From sequence record SRR2962707_3147: a DNA stretch of 59,480 nt; one strand, given 5' to 3'. The translations under genes and the position numbers were made by a program. How positions within the stretch are numbered: position 1 is the first letter of the stretch; each line of letters opens with the position of its first letter. Shown here piece after piece: positions 30,028 through 39,641 of the stretch. Under the pieces are notes generated by a model. It did no database searches. It saw nothing but the letters and a program-made list of their open reading frames with translations, and was not told the DNA's origin.

Positions 30028-31089
30028 ATGAGGTTTCTGGTTACCGGCGGCGCCGGCTTCATCGGTTCGGCAGTGTGCCGCCGGCTGGTGATGAATCCGC
30101 AGCACAGGGTCGTCAATCTCGATTGCCTGACCTATGCCGGCAACCTGACCTCGCTGCGCCAGATCGAGAACTATCCGAATTACCGTTTCGTCAAAGCCGA
30201 TATCTGCGATGGCCCGACTGTTGCCAGCATCCTGAGAGACGAACAGATCGACGTGATCATGCATCTGGCTGCGGAAAGCCATGTCGACCGCTCCATCGAC
30301 GGGCCCGAGGCCTTTATCGAGACCAACATAATCGGCACCTTTCGGTTGCTCACCGCAGCGCGGGCCTATCGCGACACCCTGCCGTCCGAGCGCGCCGAGC
30401 GTTTCCGGTTCCACCACGTCTCGACCGATGAAGTCTTCGGCGACCTGCCATTTGATGATGGTATCTTCACCGAGGAGACAGCTTATGCGCCCTCGTCCCC
30501 CTATTCGGCGTCGAAAGCCGCATCCGACCATCTGGTCCGGGCCTGGAGCCACACCTATGGCCTGCCGGTGGTGCTGTCGAACTGCTCAAACAATTACGGT
30601 CCGTTCCACTTCCCGGAAAAGCTCATTCCGCTGGTCATTCTCAATGCGCTCGATGAAAAGCCGCTTCCGGTCTATGGCAAGGGCGAGAATGTGCGTGACT
30701 GGCTCTATGTCGAAGACCACGCTGCAGCGCTCGAGGCTGTCGCGACAGGCGGCCGTCCGGGGGAAAGCTACAATATCGGCGGCCGCGCCGAACGCCGCAA
30801 CATCGATGTGGTCCAGACAATATGCCGGATTCTCGATGGCAAACGGCCACGCGCCGGCGGAAAGAGCTATGGCGACCTGATCACCATGGTCTCGGACCGG
30901 CCCGGACATGACCGGCGCTACGCCATCGATCCGGGTAAGATAGAGACCGAACTGGGCTGGTCTGCTGCCGAAACCTTCGAAAGCGGCATGGCCAAGACCA
31001 TCGACTGGTACCTTGCCAATGACTGGTGGTGGAAACCGATCCGCGCGCAAAAATATACCGGCGCACGACTGGGCGAAAAGGCGGGGTGA
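30028..31089 (+). CDS. rfbB: dTDP-glucose 4,6-dehydratase
   Basis: [31 protein letters not shown] and DRPGHDRRY. Confidence 0.97.
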   Translation: MRFLVTGGAGFIGSAVCRRLVMNPQHRVVNLDCLTYAGNLTSLRQIENYPNYRFVKADICDGPTVASILRDEQIDVIMHLAAESHVDRSIDGPEAFIETNIIGTFRLLTAARAYRDTLPSERAERFRFHHVSTDEVFGDLPFDDGIFTEETAYAPSSPYSASKAASDHLVRAWSHTYGLPVVLSNCSNNYGPFHFPEKLIPLVILNALDEKPLPVYGKGENVRDWLYVEDHAAALEAVATGGRPGESYNIGGRAERRNIDVVQTICRILDGKRPRAGGKSYGDLITMVSDRPGHDRRYAIDPGKIETELGWSAAETFESGMAKTIDWYLANDWWWKPIRAQKYTGARLGEKAG

Positions 31090-31093
31090 ACCG

Positions 31094-31978
31094 ATGCGAA
31101 TCGCGGTGACAGGCAGGCATGGTCAATTGACCCGTTCGCTTCAGGAGCGCGCGGCAGCGGACACGAGTATCACCCTAGTGTGTTTGGGGCGTCCCGAGCT
31201 TGACCTCTCCCGCCCCGACAGCATAGCCCAGGCACTGGCCGGCTGCGACGCCGATCTGGTGATCAATGCCGCCGCCTATACCGAGGTGGACAAGGCCGAA
31301 AGTGAAGCGGACGCGGCATTTGCTGTCAACGCTGCAGGCGCAGGCACGGTGGCCAGTGCTGCTGCAGATCTGGGTTTGCCGGTGATCCAGGTTTCGACCG
31401 ATTACGTCTTTGACGGCCAGGCCAGCGTGCCCTACCCCGAGACCGCCACGACCAGTCCGGTTTCGGTCTATGGTGCCAGCAAGCTTGCGGGCGAGGCGGC
31501 AGTCGCTGCGGCCAATCCGCAGCATCTGATCATCCGCACCGCCTGGGTCTACAGCCCGTTCGGCAAGAATTTCGTCAAGACCATGCTTCGCCTGGCGGGC
31601 GAGCGCGACGAACTGCGCGTCGTTGACGACCAGACCGGCAACCCGACCTCGGCGCTTGACCTTGCTGACGGAGTGCTGGCAGCCGCGCGCGCGGCCCTGC
31701 AACCCGGCTTCAGCGAGTGGGGTGTTTACAACATCGCCGGATCAGGCTCGACCTCCTGGGCCGGATTTGCCGCCCATGTGCTCGATGAGAGTGGCCGCGC
31801 CGGTGGCGCAACTGCAAAGATCGAACCCATCCCAGGATCCGAGTTTGTCACGGCGGCGAAGCGGCCGTCGAATTCCCGGCTCGACTGCACAAAGGCAGAG
31901 ACAATCTTAGGTTACCGGGCACCAGACTGGCGGCAATCTTCCTCGATCATCGTCAAACGGTTACTTTCCGAAAGCTGA
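31094..31978 (+). CDS. rfbD: dTDP-4-dehydrorhamnose reductase
   Basis: TGRHGQL, NAAAYTEVD, STDYVFDG and YGASK. Confidence 0.96.
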   Translation: MRIAVTGRHGQLTRSLQERAAADTSITLVCLGRPELDLSRPDSIAQALAGCDADLVINAAAYTEVDKAESEADAAFAVNAAGAGTVASAAADLGLPVIQVSTDYVFDGQASVPYPETATTSPVSVYGASKLAGEAAVAAANPQHLIIRTAWVYSPFGKNFVKTMLRLAGERDELRVVDDQTGNPTSALDLADGVLAAARAALQPGFSEWGVYNIAGSGSTSWAGFAAHVLDESGRAGGATAKIEPIPGSEFVTAAKRPSNSRLDCTKAETILGYRAPDWRQSSSIIVKRLLSES

Positions 31979-32456
31979 AGTTCACCACCGGTTTGCGCAG
32001 AAAAAGTTTCCCTGCGCGCCGTTTCCGGCTCCTGAACGGATGAATACCTGCGGCGGCAACACCTTTTGCTCGGCGAGAGCTGCTAAATGCTACTCTCGAG
32101 CCTGCGGTTTGCCGCCGTTGCCATTGAGCAAAGCCTCGAACCCACTGGTGAATTCTCCATCAGGGAGTCTTGATTTTCTTGCCGGACCGGTAAATAGACT
32201 TATCCCATGGCTAACCGCCGGTTGTCAGGCCATTGTGGTGTTTGGAATGCAACGTGCTATCAGCACATGTATCGAAGCGCCCATCCGATACGCGAAATAA
32301 AATGCGATGGAGTCGTTGCGTGCCGCACGCTCTGATCCAGAATGGATGAATATCAGGATATTCAAACACCCGAGCAAACATTGCCAGTGCGGACAAACGG
32401 TACTGTATGTGTGGGCATTTTCCACCTTATGACCTTGGCCAGAGACGGAACTATTC

Positions 32457-33377
32457 ATGATTGACAGACTCTCAAAGGGCATTCTTCAGCTTCGCCAGGG
32501 GCTTGAAAAGTGGCTCGGAAGCTGGACGTCACCCCAACCTATCAAGGATAGCATGGATTTTCTTGCCTCCGGCGACGTGTCGGCAAGTGAACAGTTCACC
32601 CAATATGAAATGCGGCTCCCCAGCCACCAGAATGCAATCGACCTCTTGCCGGGGTGGAGTTCCGCCTTCCCTTCCAACCCGGGGCTGACTGCAGGCAATA
32701 TCCCGCTTTTTGCAGACACCAGAATCCTTTCCGCGCTTGACAGCTACGGCTCGATCAAAGGCAAGACCGTTCTCGAAGTGGGGCCGCTTGAAGGGATGCA
32801 CACCTATATCCTGAACGGGCGCGGGCCTGCCAGGATTGATGCCATCGAGGCAAACAAGCTGTGTTACTTGCGCTGCCTTGTCACCAAGGAAATCCTGAAG
32901 CTGACCAATGCCAACTTCTATCTGGGCGATGTCCGGAGCTGGCTGACCGAGACCGAAACAGTTTACGATCTGGCGATCGCTTCGGGTGTGCTTTACCACA
33001 TGCATGATCCGGCGGAATTCCTCAAGAGCCTTGCGGCCCGCTCCAACGCGATCTTCATATGGACGCATTTTTATGATGAAGCGGCCATGCCGCCGTCCGA
33101 TCTGAGAAATCTGCCTTTCAGCGGCAAAGTCGAGATTCGCGATCTTGATGGGTTGAAATTGCATTATCACGAACGCAGCTATCAACAGGCCAACACCAAT
33201 GCTTCGTTCTGCGGCGGCATGCGGGACCGGCACTACTGGATGCGCAAGGATGAAATCCTGTCACTTCTGGCGCATTACGGATACGTTGACATTGACGAAC
33301 TGGACGTGAATCTGGACCATGCCGGCGGACCGTGCATCTCGGTTTTTGCGAGAAAAAGGCCCGAAGCGGCCTCTTGA
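32457..33377 (+). CDS. Class I SAM-dependent methyltransferase
   Basis: Motif I VLEVGPLEG; YDLAIASGVLYH. Confidence 0.82.
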   Translation: MIDRLSKGILQLRQGLEKWLGSWTSPQPIKDSMDFLASGDVSASEQFTQYEMRLPSHQNAIDLLPGWSSAFPSNPGLTAGNIPLFADTRILSALDSYGSIKGKTVLEVGPLEGMHTYILNGRGPARIDAIEANKLCYLRCLVTKEILKLTNANFYLGDVRSWLTETETVYDLAIASGVLYHMHDPAEFLKSLAARSNAIFIWTHFYDEAAMPPSDLRNLPFSGKVEIRDLDGLKLHYHERSYQQANTNASFCGGMRDRHYWMRKDEILSLLAHYGYVDIDELDVNLDHAGGPCISVFARKRPEAAS

Positions 33378-33399
33378 GAAACACAGACGGATCGCTCAA

Positions 33400-34461
33400 T
33401 TGCTGTTCAACCTCGAATATGATCGCGGAGATTACATAGAGGGCTACCTGATACCGGATAGCTTTTCCAACAAGCCCGTCGTCAAAGTCACGTTGAACGA
33501 CGGGTCGTCCTTCGTGCAACCCTGCGATCAGATGAGGCAGGCCGCACTGGATACCGGCAGGCATGCGACGGGTCTTGTCGGCTTTCGGATTGACCAGAGC
33601 ACAGTCCCCGACCTGACCGAGCAAACCAGCCTGTCGATCCATGACGCGGACACAGGCTTGCTGATCTACCGCAGGCCGGGACCACGCAAGATACTCGAAA
33701 TGAAGATGTTCAGGCTCGAGTTGGCGATGATCCCAGCACTCAAGCTCGACAAGCAATGCGGGCTCAGTTTCCAGTATGCCATGTCGGGGGCCGAGCGGTT
33801 TGGAAACGAAACGACATTGCAGATGTTCCATCTCAATGCCATCAAGTCGATCTATGTCAGTGGCCGGCTGCAGTTGCGTGGTTACGAAGAGTTTCTCGAC
33901 AAGGGGTTCATGTTTGTCGGGTCCATTCCCGAGCCCTATTACGAAATGGCCAGCCGCCTGTTCATCCTGAAACGGCTGTCGCGCGAACCGGTAACCTTCC
34001 TCAGCGACCGGGACCATATTTTCCTGCAGCCGGCAGCGCGTCATTTTGCCGAGGTCAATCTTCGCGACGAAGGTGAGGTCAAGCGCGCCTTGAAAAGGGC
34101 CGATAGCAAGGTCAGGAACATTCTGGTATCGCCGATCACGCGGCAACTGGTGTGCAACGATCCGGAGCAGCAGGTCACGCGTCGCGACATAGCCGCTGCA
34201 ATCGATGCGGTTTCACGTTTCACGACGGTGGGCTATGACAATGATATTGGCCACTTCCATGAGTCCATCGGTGAGTTGCTCAATATACCAACCGAGGAAT
34301 TGCCTATCACACCCCGATATTCGCTTCTCGAGCAGATGGCCGACAGATTGCGCACCATGCACATCGCCGAAACCATGTTGGAAGAAGACCTCATATTTGA
34401 TTATTATGTGCGCAAGGCCGTGACACCGGAGCCCGCGACACTGACGGAGGCGTCCTCATGA
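33400..34461 (+). CDS. Hypothetical protein in the capsule operon (possible degenerate sulfotransferase-like fold)
   Basis: Long co-oriented ORF whose stop overlaps the next gene (ATGA). TTG start inferred. Confidence 0.7.
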   Translation: MLFNLEYDRGDYIEGYLIPDSFSNKPVVKVTLNDGSSFVQPCDQMRQAALDTGRHATGLVGFRIDQSTVPDLTEQTSLSIHDADTGLLIYRRPGPRKILEMKMFRLELAMIPALKLDKQCGLSFQYAMSGAERFGNETTLQMFHLNAIKSIYVSGRLQLRGYEEFLDKGFMFVGSIPEPYYEMASRLFILKRLSREPVTFLSDRDHIFLQPAARHFAEVNLRDEGEVKRALKRADSKVRNILVSPITRQLVCNDPEQQVTRRDIAAAIDAVSRFTTVGYDNDIGHFHESIGELLNIPTEELPITPRYSLLEQMADRLRTMHIAETMLEEDLIFDYYVRKAVTPEPATLTEASS

Positions 34462-35723
34462 CAAAACCGCTCGATGCACGCACCCAAAACGACCAGCCGC
34501 AAGTGGACACGGCACAAAACGCGCCGCGCGCCGGCTGGCTGAGCCGCTTCGGTTCCGACAGGCGCCGGCAGGTTCCTCCGCAGACAATCCCGACACTTGA
34601 TTTTGACCCATCCGTGGTACCGGTTGCGCAAGCAGGCGGCAAACCCCCGTGGTCCATGATCACGTTCCTTTTGGTGGTGATCATCCCGTCGCTGATCTCG
34701 GTGATCTACTTCACGCTGATTGCAGCGGACCAGTACACCGCCGAAGCCCGTTTTGCCGTGCGCTCACTGGCGGATGACAGCGATGATGTCGAGACGAGCG
34801 GAAATCTCTTCACCATGAGAGCCGCAAACCAGGATTCCTATGTCGTCACCAGCTTCATCCACTCCTCCGAGATCCTCAAACGGCTGGATGGAAAGATCGA
34901 TTACCGAGCCATTTTCGAATCGCCGAGTGCCGATTTCTGGAGCCGCCTCGACCCCGATGCATCGCGTGAGGAATTCCTGGACTACTGGGCCAACCAGGTA
35001 ACAGCCTATATCGACGGTCCGTCCAGCATTGTCACGCTGACCGTTCGAACCTTCCATCCCGAAGATTCCGTCCGGCTGGCTTCGGCAATACTGGAAGAAA
35101 GCGAAAAGCTGGTCAACGAACTGACCATTCGCGCACGGGAAGACCTTCTGGCCAGCTATCAGCAAGAGGTCGACAGAACCACGATACAGTACCGCGAAGC
35201 GCTCGCCGACCTGAGCCGGTTGCAGAAGCAGACCGGATTTTTGAGCCCGGTGGACGAGGCCACGCAAACCGGCACCTTGCTCACGGGGCTGCTCGCCCAG
35301 GCGATGGAACTGGACAGCCGGATATTCGTCCTGCGCCAGTCAAACGGCACCGGCGCCCCATCCTATCAGCAGCTTCTCAATGCGCGGGAAAGCCTGTCCC
35401 AGCAGATCGACAATCTGCGACAACGTCTCGTTGGCAGCGACGATGCGGCATTGTCCAACCTGATCACCGAGTATTCCCAGGTCGAAACGAACCGTATCGT
35501 GGCCGAGAAACTCTTCGAGACCTCGCGGAAGAATTACGATCAGGCGCTTGCCGCAGCCCTTCGCAAGGCACTCTATCTGACGGTGTTCATCGATCCATCG
35601 TTGCCCGAGGACTCGTTCTATCCGCGCCGCTTCGTTTCCCCGTTGCTTCTGTCGCTGGGATTTCTGGTGTTCTGGTCGCTGCTCTCGCTGGTGTGGGCAT
35701 CTGTCGAAGACCACAGGCTTTAG
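34458..35723 (+). CDS. kpsE: Capsule export inner-membrane protein, KpsE/RkpR family (paralog 1)
   Basis: Two terminal TM helices; YFTLIAADQYTAEARFAVR; coiled-coil core; YLTVFIDPSLPEDSFYPRR. Confidence 0.88.
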   Translation: MTKPLDARTQNDQPQVDTAQNAPRAGWLSRFGSDRRRQVPPQTIPTLDFDPSVVPVAQAGGKPPWSMITFLLVVIIPSLISVIYFTLIAADQYTAEARFAVRSLADDSDDVETSGNLFTMRAANQDSYVVTSFIHSSEILKRLDGKIDYRAIFESPSADFWSRLDPDASREEFLDYWANQVTAYIDGPSSIVTLTVRTFHPEDSVRLASAILEESEKLVNELTIRAREDLLASYQQEVDRTTIQYREALADLSRLQKQTGFLSPVDEATQTGTLLTGLLAQAMELDSRIFVLRQSNGTGAPSYQQLLNARESLSQQIDNLRQRLVGSDDAALSNLITEYSQVETNRIVAEKLFETSRKNYDQALAAALRKALYLTVFIDPSLPEDSFYPRRFVSPLLLSLGFLVFWSLLSLVWASVEDHRL

Positions 35724-35731
35724 GTGCCGCA

Positions 35732-36385
35732 GTGATCCGCTTCAAGAACGTTTCCAAGCACTTCAAGACGCAAAAGCATAAAAAGATCATTCTCGATCAC
35801 GTCGATTTCGAATTCGATGGCAACTATTCCTATGGCGTGCTGGGCGTCAATGGAGCGGGAAAATCCACGACGTTGCGGATGATCGCCGGGACCATGCTTC
35901 CGAACTCCGGCACGATCAGGAAAAACATCAGGGTTTCCTGGCCGCTGGGTTTTGCCGCAGGCTTCAACGCCCTGCTGACGGGCAAGGAGAACTTGCAGTT
36001 CGTTGCCCGCGCATACGGTGAGGACGTTGTCAGGGTGTTGCGTTTTGTCGAGGATTTCGCGGAGATCGGCGATTACATCAATGCCCCGGTGAGAACCTAT
36101 TCTTCCGGGATGACGGCCCGATTGGCATTTGGCCTTTCGATGGCCATAGAGTTCGAGTGTTATCTGGTTGACGAAATCACCGCAGTCGGCGACGCGCGGT
36201 TCCAGAAAAGATGCAAGGCCGCATTTGCCAGCCGCCGAAAAACCGCCAATGTCATCATGGTATCTCACAGCATGAAAACGATCGAGGAATTCTGCGACAG
36301 GGGCGTTCTGCTTGTTGATGGCCGCATGATGCTCTATGAGGATGTGGAGCAGGCCGTTGCAGCTTATTACCGGTTGAACCGCTAG
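35732..36385 (+). CDS. kpsT: Capsule ABC transporter ATP-binding protein
   Basis: Walker A GVNGAGKST; signature YSSGM; YLVDEITAVGD; VSH. Confidence 0.93.
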   Translation: MIRFKNVSKHFKTQKHKKIILDHVDFEFDGNYSYGVLGVNGAGKSTTLRMIAGTMLPNSGTIRKNIRVSWPLGFAAGFNALLTGKENLQFVARAYGEDVVRVLRFVEDFAEIGDYINAPVRTYSSGMTARLAFGLSMAIEFECYLVDEITAVGDARFQKRCKAAFASRRKTANVIMVSHSMKTIEEFCDRGVLLVDGRMMLYEDVEQAVAAYYRLNR

Positions 36386-36452
36386 AATTGATTGCTGCTT
36401 ATTTGCCAATCCAAAAGCAAAACAGGTAAATGGAAGGCGTGAGTCAATATCC

Positions 36453-37727
36453 ATGATGCAGACTGGGCAAGGCGAAAAAGACGCTCGCAATCAGCAAGTT
36501 GGGATCCAGGCGAGTCGCAATGTTTCCGCCCGGTTGACTGCGGCCGCGCGCCTGTTGCGGCTATCAACGTCGTCGCGAAGCAACATTTTCAAAGTGGTCG
36601 GGCTCAGACCGCGGATGCTCGACCGGATTTTCTACATAGCATCAATCCTGCTTTTGGTCTTTTGCCTGATCATACCGACCATCACGGCGGTCGCTTACTA
36701 TGGCTACTTCGCCTCCGACCAATACGAATCCGAGACACGCTTCACGGTCAGATCCTCGACGCCGGCGCTGGGCAGCGACCAGCTTGGCGAAGCCACCGGC
36801 ATTCCCTCCGCCAAGATTGTCCAGGACACGCAAATCGCGCTCAATTTCATTGAGAGCCATGAAATGCTCGATGTCCTTGCCGAGCGGAATGTCGATCTGC
36901 ACGACGTTTTCGGCCGTGAGTCGATCGACTGGTGGGCGCGTCTGCCAGAGGATGCTTCCAGCGATGATATGCTCGAGTATTGGAAATACATGGTTTCCAC
37001 CTCAGTGAACCCCTCAAGCGGGATCGTTACCATCTATGTCCGCGCCTTTACCGCGGAAGATTCTGCCATGCTGGTGCGGGAGATTCTCTCGGCATCGGAA
37101 TACGTCGTCAACCGGGTGAATGACCGGATCTGGAAAGATGTCATCGCGACATCAAACACCAATCTGGAGAATGCGAAGAAGCAGTTGCAGGAAGCCCGGG
37201 AAGCGCTGGCCGGTGCCCGCAATCGTGACGGCGTCCTCACCGTCGAAGGCAGTTCAGCGATCGTGACCAATCTGATCAGCGCAATGGAGACCGAGAGGCT
37301 CAACCTGCAGCACAGGTATGATGCGCAACTCTCTGTTGTGTCTGCCGATGCACCGCAGATGCTTGTTCTCAAACGAGAGATCGACAGCAAGGAGCAGCAA
37401 ATCAGTGAGCTGAAAAGCCAGCTGGCGGGCGACACCGGAGACACGCGGAACCTGGCCGATGTTTCGCAGGAGATGTCACAGCTGCAACTCGCTCAAAGTC
37501 TCGCCGAACAGCAATTTTCTGCCAGTCTGAGCACGGTAGAGCAGATCCAGTTCGTCAGCCGCCAGCAGTTGCTTTATCTCGAGAGCTTCCTCGACCCTCG
37601 CGTCCCCGACGAAGCGATGTATCCGAAGCGGGTTCTGTCGATCAGCCTGATTTTTGCCGCGAGCCTTTTGTTATGGGGATCACTCCTCGGCATCCTTCAC
37701 GCCGTTCGCAACCAGATTTCGAATTGA
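36453..37727 (+). CDS. kpsE: Capsule export inner-membrane protein, KpsE/RkpR family (paralog 2)
   Basis: YYGYFASDQYESETRFTVR; coiled coil; YLESFLDPRVPDEAMYPKR followed by a TM helix. Confidence 0.88.
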   Translation: MMQTGQGEKDARNQQVGIQASRNVSARLTAAARLLRLSTSSRSNIFKVVGLRPRMLDRIFYIASILLLVFCLIIPTITAVAYYGYFASDQYESETRFTVRSSTPALGSDQLGEATGIPSAKIVQDTQIALNFIESHEMLDVLAERNVDLHDVFGRESIDWWARLPEDASSDDMLEYWKYMVSTSVNPSSGIVTIYVRAFTAEDSAMLVREILSASEYVVNRVNDRIWKDVIATSNTNLENAKKQLQEAREALAGARNRDGVLTVEGSSAIVTNLISAMETERLNLQHRYDAQLSVVSADAPQMLVLKREIDSKEQQISELKSQLAGDTGDTRNLADVSQEMSQLQLAQSLAEQQFSASLSTVEQIQFVSRQQLLYLESFLDPRVPDEAMYPKRVLSISLIFAASLLLWGSLLGILHAVRNQISN

Positions 37728-37734
37728 GCCGATC

Positions 37735-38817
37735 ATGCTGATGCGCGGATTTGGCGATGTCCTGTACAAGATCATTCCCAAACCGCGGGTCCGTCGTCAA
37801 GAAGCACATGTCAGGCATCGCGCCGAGCGGCTGCTGGTGCTGACAAAGGGAAACAACCCGACTTTCTCGTATTATCTTGAAGAACGGCTCAATCGCTCCC
37901 CCTATCCGTCGCAGGTTCGTGATCTGGCTGACGGGCTCGATGATATCGATCCGGAAGGTCTCTTTGTTGTCATCTGCCGGTATATACGGCCCCGGCAGTT
38001 GCAGTGGCTGTATCGCAACAGAAAGCGGATCGCCGGCGCCGCCTTGTTCCTGGATGACGACATTGCGGCAACGCTTGTCTCCAGGGAAGGCGAGTTGGGC
38101 TACAAGGCATACATCACTGCGGTGGGAATATTGCCTCTGATGGTCCTGAACCGTGTCCTGACCGACATTTGGGTCTCGACCCCGGCTTTGCGCAAGGCTC
38201 TGGAAAACAAAACGGCCGGTATCAAGGTCGTTGGGCCCCTTCCCGCCAAACTGACCTATGACCGCAGGAAGAATGACACCGAGACGGACCATGTCGTGAT
38301 GGCATTTCACACGGGCGGATGCCACGAAGCCGAGCACAATTTCCTGGTCCCCGTCGTCAGGGAAGCGCTGCGCCGCTGCCGGAATTTGCGCTATGAAGTG
38401 GTTGCAACAGGCAAGATTGCGAAAATGTGGCAGAACGCGGATTTGCCTGAAGGGCAATTCGTCATACACAGTAACAAGATCTGGGCGGACTATCTCGAGG
38501 ATACGCTGAAATCAAAGGTCGATATTCTTCTGGTGCCTCTGGCTCAAAGCCGTATGAACGATGTCAGGGCAGGGACCAAGCGCATAGACGCGGTTCGCAT
38601 GGGAGCGGCGGCAATTCTGTCGCGCAGCCACGTCTATCAGCACGCTGCTAGCAATGGAGAGGTCTTCGTCGATTATGACCCCACAGACTGGGTTGAAGAG
38701 ATCTGCAGGCTGGCAGGGAACATCACCTTGCGCCACCGCGCGCGTGACGCAACCGCCAATGTCGTCAAATGGATTGCCGAAAACGAAGCCGCGTCCTTTC
38801 CCTTGCATGTCGAGTGA
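37735..38817 (+). CDS. Putative GT-B fold glycosyltransferase
   Basis: FLDDD, IWVSTPAL and DILLVPL....N..R...K; position within the operon. Confidence 0.65.
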   Translation: MLMRGFGDVLYKIIPKPRVRRQEAHVRHRAERLLVLTKGNNPTFSYYLEERLNRSPYPSQVRDLADGLDDIDPEGLFVVICRYIRPRQLQWLYRNRKRIAGAALFLDDDIAATLVSREGELGYKAYITAVGILPLMVLNRVLTDIWVSTPALRKALENKTAGIKVVGPLPAKLTYDRRKNDTETDHVVMAFHTGGCHEAEHNFLVPVVREALRRCRNLRYEVVATGKIAKMWQNADLPEGQFVIHSNKIWADYLEDTLKSKVDILLVPLAQSRMNDVRAGTKRIDAVRMGAAAILSRSHVYQHAASNGEVFVDYDPTDWVEEICRLAGNITLRHRARDATANVVKWIAENEAASFPLHVE

Positions 38818-38828
38818 CCGTTAAGCCC

Positions 38829-39641
38829 ATGACAATGACACACAGCGATACCCGGCCCAAGATCACCATCGGGGCCGCTTTGCGGGAAAAACGCAATGTG
38901 ATGACCGCTGTCGTGCTGCGCGACATCAGGAGCCGTTATTTCAATCACGGCCTGGGGTTTCTGCTTGTAGCGATCTGGCCCCTGGCGCACATGCTGATCC
39001 TTCTTGCTGTCTATGGGTTGCTGGGCAGACAGGCGCCCTATGGCGACAGCCTGCGGGTGTTTTTCGCAACAGGACTCATCCCGACGCTTGCCTTCATGTA
39101 TGTCTCGCGCTGGATGTCGCTTTCGCTCATCCTGAACAGACCGATGTTGGCGTTTCCTGTCGTGACCGTCATCGACATCATGGCGGCCCGGGCTTTCCTC
39201 GAAATAACAGCCGCCGTGCTGACCCTGATTTTCCTGTTCGCAATCCTGCTGTTCCTGGGCGACAATCCCTATCCCGCTGATCCCTATCAGGCGGCTTATG
39301 CCTATCTTGCCAGCCTGTTGCTGGCTCTGGGGTTTGGCTCGGTTGCAGGGGTGCTGGTGATGTTCATGCCGGTTTTTGCAACGGTCTATGCCTTGACCAT
39401 GATCCTGTTCTATCTCTTGTCCGGTACCTTGTTCGTCCCGTCAGCGCTTCCCGAACCCATTGCCTACGCTCTGTCCTGGAACCCCGTCTTCCAGACGGTC
39501 GAATGGATGCGCTCGGCCTATTATCTCGGCTACAGCGGCAAGTATCTCGACAAGGCCTACACATTGGGCTTTGGCATGTCTTCGCTTTGCCTTGGTTTGC
39601 TGATGGAGCGGATCTTTCGCCGGAGGATGCTCGAGGCATGA
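38829..39641 (+). CDS. kpsM: Capsule ABC transporter permease
   Basis: AVVLRDIRSRY, about six TM helices, LSGTLF and WNPVFQTVEWMR. Confidence 0.9.
   Translation: MTMTHSDTRPKITIGAALREKRNVMTAVVLRDIRSRYFNHGLGFLLVAIWPLAHMLILLAVYGLLGRQAPYGDSLRVFFATGLIPTLAFMYVSRWMSLSLILNRPMLAFPVVTVIDIMAARAFLEITAAVLTLIFLFAILLFLGDNPYPADPYQAAYAYLASLLLALGFGSVAGVLVMFMPVFATVYALTMILFYLLSGTLFVPSALPEPIAYALSWNPVFQTVEWMRSAYYLGYSGKYLDKAYTLGFGMSSLCLGLLMERIFRRRMLEA

Noticed and set aside
28579-31978. rmlACBD gene order as unusual
   Set aside because: A known, common arrangement of the dTDP-rhamnose genes.
31979-32456. 478-bp intergenic region as an ncRNA or small gene
   Set aside because: No recognisable RNA motif, and the short ORFs lack supporting features.
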